Source: a virus
Lineage: Duplodnaviria > Caudoviricetes
Reading direction: 5' to 3' (one strand)
Virus record (IMG/VR): IMGVR_UViG_3300025718_000011
Coordinates: 1-45,113 of that record
Length of the DNA: 45,113 nucleotides
The notes beneath the pieces were generated by a model that saw nothing but the letters and a program-made list of their open reading frames with translations, was not told where the DNA came from and searched no databases. Both the position numbers and the translations under genes were made by a program. Shown here in pieces: positions 1 to 6,978 of the stretch. The number at the start of each line of letters is the position of its first letter. Positions within the stretch are counted from its first letter, which is position 1.

Positions 1-13
1 AAGGTTTATATGG
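1..13. repeat. Terminal overlap, identical to 45101-45113 (circular contig junction)
   Basis: AAGGTTTATATGG at both ends; the ORF starting at 45068 continues in frame into 14-513. Confidence 0.85.
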
Positions 14-513
14 CAGCGGACACAAGGGGCTTAGTTGGTTATGAACGGCTGTCCGTACACAAACTCTTCACGTCCACGCACAAGCAGTGGGGAAAGTGGG
101 CGATGGGAAGCGTGGGGCACATGCGGAATGCAGAGATTGCCGATGAGATGAACCTGCCGACGCTGGGATGGAAAGAAAGAAGGAACGCAACGCCACAGAA
201 GGTTGTCCGATGCTATCTCGACGGGTTGCGAGACCAACTTGAGCAGCGCGGTTGTGTCGAGGGGAATGGCGCGATGGGAAACGATTTCCTGCTGGCGCTC
301 GATGGGCACCTGTTCCAGGTCCTGGAGTTCTATGTACAGGACGTGCAGATTGCGGTCATCGGCTCGGGTAGCCCATACGCAGAAGGTGCATTGTACGCCC
401 TGCTCAAATATAATCCAACGATGCCGCCCGAACAGATGGTTAGGTTCGCCGTAGAAACTGCTGCCAACTATAATGTTGCCATTGGTGGCGATATTGACGT
501 GGTGACTATTTGA
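1..513 (+). CDS. Ntn-hydrolase (HslV/proteasome-beta-like) peptidase, 3' part; true start at 45068 across the junction
   Basis: Joined N-terminus MSVVVGLVKNGKVYMAADTRG resembles the Ntn beta-strand/AADT-like start; IGSGSPYA resembles the HslV GSG motif. Confidence 0.75.
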   Translation, partial: KVYMAADTRGLVGYERLSVHKLFTSTHKQWGKWAMGSVGHMRNAEIADEMNLPTLGWKERRNATPQKVVRCYLDGLRDQLEQRGCVEGNGAMGNDFLLALDGHLFQVLEFYVQDVQIAVIGSGSPYAEGALYALLKYNPTMPPEQMVRFAVETAANYNVAIGGDIDVVTI

Positions 514-1364
514 GGCTCGTTGAAATTACCGATCACCGCAACTGCGTCCCCTTCATCCCCCTGTGGGATATTCACTGGGAAGACAACCTGTGCGACAGGG
601 ACCGGTTCTACCGTACAGTGAAAGAGATCAGGCGGCGGGATGCTTGGACAGGGATAGGTGGAGACGCGCTCGCAATGAACTGGGACCACTCCGTTCGCTC
701 TATGGCGGAGACGAGGGGCCAGCGTCTTGCCGTAGAGATTGACAATCTTTGCGACATCCTGGAGATTATCAAAGAGCTGATTGTTTTTGGCATCGACGGC
801 AATCACGAAGAAGCGGGCGTGCGCGAGGGGAACCTGAGCCTGATTGAGGTGATTTGCAACAGGCTGGGCGTTCCTTATTGCGGCGATTCCGCCGTATTAT
901 CTTTTCACATCGGGACGAATGCCGGGCGAAAGGCGCGGTGCAACCCGATCGTCTACGCCACGCATGGCGTGGGCGGAGGGCAGACGGAAGGTGCGACGTT
1001 GAACACCGTGGCAAAATTAAAGAAGGAGTTCATTGGGGCAGATGCGTATATCTGCGGTCACACTCATTCTCCGGCTGAAGATGGGTCTGAGCCGTGGGAG
1101 TTGGTTCGCGCTCCACGGGGCGCAGAACGAGAATACCTAAGGCAGAAGAAGGTCCTGTCCATCAACGCGGGATCGTTCCAGTTGAACCGAAGACCAGAGC
1201 CTCTGACCGATATGGAGAAGGAGAAGAACTGGCACCCGCTGCTTGTCGGCGGGTTCGCATCGAAGAAGGGGATGGTGCCGCAGAGCACGGGTGCACCGCT
1301 CATCATTCTCCGCTCGACAGAGAAGGGGTTCGCGATCACCCGGCCAACGGACCAGGTGGCGTGA
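510..1364 (+). CDS. Calcineurin-like metallophosphoesterase
   Basis: Motifs WDIH, GGD, GNHE, THG, GHTH in canonical order; TTG start overlaps the upstream TGA. Confidence 0.85.
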   Translation: MRLVEITDHRNCVPFIPLWDIHWEDNLCDRDRFYRTVKEIRRRDAWTGIGGDALAMNWDHSVRSMAETRGQRLAVEIDNLCDILEIIKELIVFGIDGNHEEAGVREGNLSLIEVICNRLGVPYCGDSAVLSFHIGTNAGRKARCNPIVYATHGVGGGQTEGATLNTVAKLKKEFIGADAYICGHTHSPAEDGSEPWELVRAPRGAEREYLRQKKVLSINAGSFQLNRRPEPLTDMEKEKNWHPLLVGGFASKKGMVPQSTGAPLIILRSTEKGFAITRPTDQVA

Positions 1365-1497
1365 CGCAGTAGTAAGATAATTCTTTACCCCTGGTTCCCG
1401 CCGTTCACCATTTTGCCTTAGCGGGCCAAGCTGAAGGCGCCACACGACAGGGCGCTCGGCCAGGTCAAGGCAACGGGGTCTGCCAGCCCCGACCTCC

Positions 1498-1590
1498 TGC
1501 GCATTTCTTCCAAAGCAAGGATCGGGCGCACCAAGTTAGGCAGAACGAACGGCCCGAAATGCTGGGGTTCAAGTTCCCTGCAATGCGCAG
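1498..1590 (+). tRNA. tRNA-like element with enlarged anticodon loop (no assignable anticodon)
   Basis: TGCGCATT/AATGCGCA acceptor-like stem, D-like arm, TCGGGC/GCCCGA stem with 24-nt loop, T-loop-like GGTTCAAGT in an extended stem; no CCA. Confidence 0.5.
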
Positions 1591-1835
1591 TGTTTGTTTG
1601 AGACTCATGTGCCATGTGCACAAAGAGATCCAGAGCCGTCGCCACGTTGGGGCGGCTCTCGCATGTAGCCTACCCCGCTGTCAAGTCGTTGCACCAATAC
1701 TACTCCACTTGGCTCTAGGTGGAGTGGATTTGTTCCAGGTTTGGGCATAAACCTTAGGATTAATGGAGCAGAACGGCACTATCGAACTGAATTATTCTAC
1801 TGGCATAGCGCGAATCGTGTTACACCATTCGTGGC

Positions 1836-1879
1836 AAGGCGGAAGGGTTAACTCCGTTAAGGGTTCCGCCTTATTATTG
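1836..1879 (+). terminator. Possible intrinsic terminator ending the late transcript
   Basis: AAGGCGGAA...TTCCGCCTT stem followed by ATTATTG (imperfect U-tract). Confidence 0.4.
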
Positions 1880-2113
1880 TAAAATGCCCTTTTCCAATAA
1901 TAGCAAAATTGTTATTAGCGGTTGGGATAGATACGGACTTAAGTATGAAAGCCAGATGGCAAATTATACCTTCTGTGCATTATCTGCACATTGCTCCTGC
2001 AGATGCATACCTTGCAACAACTTGTGGGCAGATGTACACAGCATGAGTTATAACTGCCTTTCTTGCACGCTTTTGACAACCATCAATGTGTTTGTGGCAA
2101 CTTTCTGGCAAGC

Positions 2114-2375
2114 GGTTACGGATTGTAACCAGCTCAACCCTTAAGAAATCCTTAAGGGTTGGTCACCAAAAGTGTGGTCAAGCGCAGAAACACGTCCGTA
2201 AAAGTGTCTGAGGCTTATTCCGTTCCCCATTCCTATGCCAAAATGGTCACACCTCCATGTCAAATTGTTATCAGTTTTGTATGCTTTCGTACTTCCGCGT
2301 CAAACTTGGTCCCGACTTAGGCCCAAGATTGGGGACCAAGAAGCCCATGAGCTATTTCCAAAATGGAAACACCTC
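2114..2375. repeat. Cluster of inverted and direct repeats (candidate ori/parS/res region)
   Basis: GGTTAC/GTAACC 2114-2130; AACCCTTAAG-5-CTTAAGGGTT 2136-2160; CTTGGTCCC/GGGACCAAG 2305-2340; CCAAAATGGnnACACCTC at 2238 and 2358. Confidence 0.5.
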
Positions 2376-2562
2376 GATTTAAGACCCGTAGCGCGTATCT
2401 CATTTATCAAGTGATACGATTGCACGTCTCTTGACAGTTCTTCAATCCCGGTTATCCTATGGCGGGCAAAAGAACCACACTGGGCGTACCACGGCGAAAG
2501 CGAAACTTCTTGAAGGAGGCACTTCGTGACGTAGCAAAATGGGCTTTTCACAAATTCATCTC

Positions 2563-2604
2563 TTGACGAATTCTCCTGATGGGATATTCTCCTGTCAGGA
2601 GATT
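2563..2604 (+). promoter_or_regulatory. parA promoter with overlapping operator repeats
   Basis: TTGACG-16-TATTCT; ATTCTCCTG at 2570 and 2586 plus inverted CAGGAGATT at 2596; GGAGGT RBS before 2626. Confidence 0.6.
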
Positions 2605-2625
2605 CTTCACATCTGGAGGTGACGA

Positions 2626-3384
2626 ATGGAAGAAGAGAGAACGATCTTGTGTGTAGCGAACCAGAAGGGCGGGGCAGGCAAGACCACGATCGCCTACCAC
2701 CTCGCGCGATTAGCAGCGCAAGCGGGGCGAAGTGTGCTGGTCGTGGACGTCGACCCGCAGGGAAGCATGACAGAGCTGTTCACTGAGGACGAAATCCAAA
2801 CGGAGAATCACACACGTTTGATCTTTGATGAACGGAGTCCCGTGCCGCTGACCGTTGTGGATGGAATCAGACTGATAGGAAGCGACATAGCCCTCGGCGC
2901 TTATGAAAAAAGGGCAAGCTGGCATGACATTGGTCTCCTTCGTCTTTATCTGAACGACAGACCGGAAAAGCTGATTATCATCGACTGCCCGCCCAATCTT
3001 GGCCTCATGACCAGCAGTGCGCTGTTCTGCGCCACGAGGCTCCTAGTCCCCGTGACGATGGGCAGGGGTTCTGTCAAAGGACTGAAGGACCTCTTTACCA
3101 CGGCCAAAGACTTGAGGGATATGGGAAAAGATGTGCAGGTCGAACCTTTGGGGATTGTGCTGAATTTAATGGCAGAAGGACAGATAAGGGCGCGAGAGGC
3201 GCGAGACCTGCTGTGGCAAGGCCATGCAGGACTGATGTTCAAGACGGTGATCCCGCAGGCAGCCGCCGTCGAGCAAGCGATGAACCATAAAAAAGCCGTC
3301 TGGGAGATCGAGCCGAAGGGGAAAGCTGCCCTGGCTTTTCGTGACCTCTATGCGGAGATCGCAGGGAGGCTGCTATGGGTATAG
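2626..3384 (+). CDS. parA: ParA/Soj family partition ATPase
   Basis: Deviant Walker A NQKGGAGKTT, VDVDPQGS, IIDCPPNLG; no N-terminal HTH. Confidence 0.93.
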   Translation: MEEERTILCVANQKGGAGKTTIAYHLARLAAQAGRSVLVVDVDPQGSMTELFTEDEIQTENHTRLIFDERSPVPLTVVDGIRLIGSDIALGAYEKRASWHDIGLLRLYLNDRPEKLIIIDCPPNLGLMTSSALFCATRLLVPVTMGRGSVKGLKDLFTTAKDLRDMGKDVQVEPLGIVLNLMAEGQIRAREARDLLWQGHAGLMFKTVIPQAAAVEQAMNHKKAVWEIEPKGKAALAFRDLYAEIAGRLLWV

Positions 3385-3587
3385 AGCGCAAGGCGACGTA
3401 CGTTACGAAGCTGGGGGTGAGGAAAATCAAGGCGGGATTTCTCTGGCACGAAGAAACTCTGCTCAGAGTCAAGTATGCTGCGATCGCCGCCCACCTGTCG
3501 GAAAGTGGATGGACGGAGGCCGTCGTGCTGGCGGCGCTGGATAAGCCGCAGACGGAGAAGAAGAAGGACCCGTTCGATCTGACATAG
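3375..3587 (+). CDS. Small ParA partner, putative type Ib centromere-binding protein
   Basis: 70 aa, overlaps the parA 3' end, basic beta-then-helix pattern; function inferred from position. Confidence 0.6.
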   Translation: MGIERKATYVTKLGVRKIKAGFLWHEETLLRVKYAAIAAHLSESGWTEAVVLAALDKPQTEKKKDPFDLT

Positions 3588-3602
3588 CGAGGCTGGAAAT
3601 GC

Positions 3603-3654
3603 AAAAAGCCCCGACACCCTGGCGCGAAGCCAAGATGTCGGGGCTGGTTTATTT
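3603..3654. terminator. Bidirectional intrinsic terminator between convergent operons
   Basis: AGCCCCGACA...TGTCGGGGCT stem flanked by an A-run and TTTATTT. Confidence 0.8.
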
Positions 3655-3939
3655 ATGCCTATCGGGGCATATGCCACAGGTGGGACCATACATATTTTGC
3701 TGCCACCAATGCTTGAACGACCTTTTCTGGATAGGGATAGGTTCTGCAAACATCTTGTCTCCATTAATGGGGTAACAACAAGCATCTTGCATCAGCTTGA
3801 AAAGACGGGCATGCTCTCGCTCTACACCTTCTTCTCGGGCAGCAGCGATAAGGAGATCAATAAGCTCATCCATTTTTGCATAATCGGCACCAAATACCTT
3901 ATTCCACAAACAGCCCCGTAGTTCTTCAACCTTTGTCAT
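3649..3939 (-). CDS. Hypothetical protein (paralog of 17832-18116)
   Basis: GGAGG RBS; MTKVE start and LIAAAREEGV helix shared with the paralog; C-terminal CxxC. Confidence 0.7.
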   Translation of the reverse strand: MTKVEELRGCLWNKVFGADYAKMDELIDLLIAAAREEGVEREHARLFKLMQDACCYPINGDKMFAEPIPIQKRSFKHWWQQNMYGPTCGICPDRHK

Positions 3940-3952
3940 TTGCCACCTCCAT

Positions 3953-4030
3953 TAAACACAAAGCCCCACGTTGGGCAACGCGGGGCGGAAGCATGGTAGT
4001 GTGCGCGGATCGTCCGCGCTCCACTGGGCA
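3953..4030 (-). ncRNA. Candidate small RNA/attenuator leader
   Basis: Downstream of the promoter at 4037-4064: hairpin GCGCGGA/TCCGCGC, then a GC stem 3963-3986 with a U-rich tail. Confidence 0.4.
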
Positions 4031-4036
4031 CTTCTG

Positions 4037-4064
4037 ATAATACGAGAAAACGAAAAGATGTCAA
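4037..4064 (-). promoter_or_regulatory. Sigma70-type promoter
   Basis: TTGACA-16-TATTAT in the intergenic gap. Confidence 0.65.
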
Positions 4065-4084
4065 GAGGAAAAGTGAAGCCACGT

Positions 4085-5176
4085 TCATGCTGCCGCCTCA
4101 AACAGTGGCCCCACCATGTCTGCTATCCTGCGCTCTGCCATCTTGACATACTCCGGGTTCAATTCGCAACCGAGATAGTGCCGATGGAACCTAACACATT
4201 CAATAGCCACGGTACCGCTTCCCATGAAAGGGTCCAGGATGGTGTCTCCGATCTTGCTTCCTGCCAGGATCATCGGCTCTATCAGTTTTGGCGGGAAGGT
4301 GGCAAAGTGAGCCTCAGCACAAGGCTGGGTGGCAACCGTCCAGACATCGCGCTTGTTGCGAGAAATCCCGTCGCCGCGGACAATCTGGCATCGGTCTCCG
4401 TCATTTCGGCTCGCATCGTTCTTCGGACCACACGGCTTCCCCGGTCCCATAGCTTTCTCTGCTATCGCTTCCGCATCGTAGTAGTACCGTTCGCTTTTCG
4501 TCAGCATGAAGATGTCCTCATGGGACTTGGTACACCGGTCGGTTACCGATTCCGGCATGGGGTTGGGCTTGTTCCAGATAATATCTGAACGGAGATACCA
4601 GCCGTCTGCTCTCAGGGCAAAAGCCACCATCCACGGGATACCAACAAGGTCTTTTGGCTTCAAGCCGGGATAGTCAAACTTGTGCAAATGGAGCTTTCCC
4701 GGATATGCCGCTTCGGGTTTGCCGCCTTTAGTTAGTGTGGATTTACTGCCGTCACCGCCTTGTTGTTGGCTTCCTGCATACGAGTCTCCCAAATTGAGCC
4801 ACAGCACTCCATCGTTTCTCAGCACGCGCTTGACCTCTCGGAACACTTCTACAAGGTCGGCAACGTAGGCGTCGGGGGTCGGTTCAAGACCGATCTGAGA
4901 GTCAATACGACGAGCGCCACACTTACCACAAACATCTCGGAATAGGGTGGCAAGAAACTTGCCATCACCGCCCTGAAACGTACCAATCGGTCTTTCGCTT
5001 TGTGGCTTGTCAATCCAGCCGATGTGGTCACAATTCGGGTCGCCACCTTCCCATGTTGCCGTGCCATAATCTCTAAGCCCCCAGTAGGGGGGGGAAGTTA
5101 TCACGCACTGAACAGAACCATCCTCGAGCTGCTTCAAGCAAGAACGGACATCGCCTTGCAAGATAGTGTCAGTCAC
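4085..5176 (-). CDS. N4-C/N6-A DNA methyltransferase (beta class)
   Basis: TSPPYW catalytic motif, HFATFP, DPFMGSGT; likely GTG start coupled to the upstream TGA. Confidence 0.92.
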   Translation of the reverse strand: MTDTILQGDVRSCLKQLEDGSVQCVITSPPYWGLRDYGTATWEGGDPNCDHIGWIDKPQSERPIGTFQGGDGKFLATLFRDVCGKCGARRIDSQIGLEPTPDAYVADLVEVFREVKRVLRNDGVLWLNLGDSYAGSQQQGGDGSKSTLTKGGKPEAAYPGKLHLHKFDYPGLKPKDLVGIPWMVAFALRADGWYLRSDIIWNKPNPMPESVTDRCTKSHEDIFMLTKSERYYYDAEAIAEKAMGPGKPCGPKNDASRNDGDRCQIVRGDGISRNKRDVWTVATQPCAEAHFATFPPKLIEPMILAGSKIGDTILDPFMGSGTVAIECVRFHRHYLGCELNPEYVKMAERRIADMVGPLFEAAA

Positions 5177-5877
5177 GCTGCCATTTCCATGTCCTGATAA
5201 CAGTTCTGTTGCTCCGTACACCACTGGCATTGTTTGCAATAGCAATGAGGGAAGGCTTGCAGGACGCTCATGCCTCCGATCTGAACGAGACTGAGTTGTT
5301 GTTCTATCTCCTGCCCCACCGTCGACGCCCATTCCACAGCTTTCTTTACATCCTTTCTCGTGAACGTTCGTGCCTCGTCCTGCTGATATTTCGTGAAGTA
5401 CAGATGGCCGCTCACGATGTCAACATGAGCAGATTCCATGACAGCCCAGGCGTAGAGAGCAACCTGCTTGTCTGGACGGTAGGGCTTGCCCGTCTTCCAG
5501 TCCCAGACGTAACCGATGTCCCCTTCCTTGTACCACAGATCAACTTTCATAACGATAGGCCAGTCGCACCCGGGCAGAACCATCTTCAGCCGGTCCTCGG
5601 CGTGGCGGTCCTCGCCGTTGCACTGATCGGGAACGGAGTTTGTAGACAGGAACACCTGCTCTTCGTCCACGGGCAAAGCGGCATGTTCTGCAGCAACCCT
5701 GACGCTCATCGCAATGGGGACATCCTTGAATACTCCTTCAATTGCAGAATGAACCGCTATGCCGAAATTGGAAGCGGCGTTCGGCTTCTCCTGCACTCGT
5801 AAAACTTGCTTGACGTACCACGCTTGAGGGCACTGACTGTACAGATCAAGAGAAGAGTAAGAATGATTAAGGCTCAT
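5173..5877 (-). CDS. PD-(D/E)XK nuclease (RecB/Cas4-like)
   Basis: SYSSL..YSQCP, G.AVH, KVD, DWKTGK, QVALY, C-terminal Cys cluster. Confidence 0.85.
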   Translation of the reverse strand: MSLNHSYSSLDLYSQCPQAWYVKQVLRVQEKPNAASNFGIAVHSAIEGVFKDVPIAMSVRVAAEHAALPVDEEQVFLSTNSVPDQCNGEDRHAEDRLKMVLPGCDWPIVMKVDLWYKEGDIGYVWDWKTGKPYRPDKQVALYAWAVMESAHVDIVSGHLYFTKYQQDEARTFTRKDVKKAVEWASTVGQEIEQQLSLVQIGGMSVLQAFPHCYCKQCQWCTEQQNCYQDMEMAA

Positions 5878-6122
5878 GCCGCCGCCTTCAGTTCTGATTC
5901 CACTGTGTCGCGGTAGAAACGACGGGCGTTCGTGTAATAGCCGGCGTTATCTGGCTGATTATCACCCTCATCCTTCTCATTCAACATCATCTCCAGACCG
6001 TTCCGCGTGACGTTGATGACGTACTCCACATCGATGGGCATCCACGTGGCACCATAGAAATAGCGTTCGCCGTCGTTGTACAGACGGTTTTCTGACTCAT
6101 GACGATAAGTGACGGGGATCAT
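5874..6122 (-). CDS. Hypothetical protein
   Basis: ATGA-coupled to both neighbours; start MIPVTY. Confidence 0.6.
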   Translation of the reverse strand: MIPVTYRHESENRLYNDGERYFYGATWMPIDVEYVINVTRNGLEMMLNEKDEGDNQPDNAGYYTNARRFYRDTVESELKAAA

Positions 6123-6451
6123 GCCGCCATCCCCTCCATTCCTGCCGCGACCTGCAATCCAAGCACCGCCATCTGCCACTCGCCTTGACTGCGAAAGATA
6201 CCAACGGCGGCACCGGCCCTGTTCAGATCGTCCAAGCATTTCTGTTGAATCATCGTTACTGACGTTCCCGCTGGCTTTGGACGCTTGAACTCGCCGGCAA
6301 GGAATTGACCGTTGATGCACGCGATGACGTCAGGAATGCCAGCCTTGCCGTACATTCCTCCGTGCGTCTTGAATGCCCAGCAGCATGGCTGTTGGTTCGT
6401 CCACTTGACGGCATTACTAACAATCGTGGATTCAAGGGGGATCGACTTCAT
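6119..6451 (-). CDS. VRR-NUC domain nuclease
   Basis: AGIPD...GEFKRP...Q pattern. Confidence 0.85.
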   Translation of the reverse strand: MKSIPLESTIVSNAVKWTNQQPCCWAFKTHGGMYGKAGIPDVIACINGQFLAGEFKRPKPAGTSVTMIQQKCLDDLNRAGAAVGIFRSQGEWQMAVLGLQVAAGMEGMAA

Positions 6452-6678
6452 GGCTTCTCCCTTTTCCCGATCATCACAACACCGCCATAAGGATAGCTTT
6501 TCACACACTCATCGTCGCGGAGAATATCCCATACGCCACTACCCCTATCTTGCAAACCCTCGAGAACATTGTCGATGAGGGTACATGAATAACCGGTATT
6601 ATCGGCGTCTTCTCTGTTGAACGGACACTCACCACAGTACCTCCCAGCAGAGATGTCATTCGGAGTCAAAGGCTTCAT
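6448..6678 (-). CDS. Small Cys-rich hypothetical protein
   Basis: CGECPF motif; coupled start MKPLTP. Confidence 0.6.
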   Translation of the reverse strand: MKPLTPNDISAGRYCGECPFNREDADNTGYSCTLIDNVLEGLQDRGSGVWDILRDDECVKSYPYGGVVMIGKREKP

Positions 6679-6782
6679 CTTCCCTTCCTCAACGCCACAT
6701 ACTGCATCACGACGCCGATGATCACGGCAATCATAAAACCAATGAAAACGCCGCAGATGAAGTTCGCCCAGAGAGCGGTCAT
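6675..6782 (-). CDS. Small membrane peptide (35 aa)
   Basis: MTALWANFICGVFIGFMIAVIIGVV..., ATGA overlaps on both sides. Confidence 0.55.
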   Translation of the reverse strand: MTALWANFICGVFIGFMIAVIIGVVMQYVALRKGR

Positions 6783-6964
6783 GCTGCCCTCTGGGGAATG
6801 ACCACATTGTCGTCAACGGAGGAAAGCAAAGACTCTATCTCGCTCTTCTTCTTCGCTCTCCACTTCGAGTGCAAACCCCTCCGGTACGCCAAAGCCTTCT
6901 CGTTGTTGACCGTCTCAATCAATTCACTGCGCGTCAATATTACCCATTGCCCAAGTTTTATCAT
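6779..6964 (-). CDS. Hypothetical protein
   Basis: AAGGAGG RBS, operon fit. Confidence 0.6.
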   Translation of the reverse strand: MIKLGQWVILTRSELIETVNNEKALAYRRGLHSKWRAKKKSEIESLLSSVDDNVVIPQRAA

Positions 6965-6978
6965 GCTTCCTCCTTTGT

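Larger units (their letters stand above)
1365..1880 (+). ncRNA. Candidate large structured non-coding RNA
   Basis: No credible ORF; successive hairpins at 1413-1473, 1498-1589, 1633-1658, 1702-1725 and 1836-1872, several with G-U pairs favouring the + strand. Confidence 0.4.

Noticed and set aside
2431-2566. TTGACA-16-TATCCT and a 35-codon ORF (MAGKRTT...)
   Set aside because: The ATG directly abuts the -10 box and has no RBS; insufficient support for a CDS
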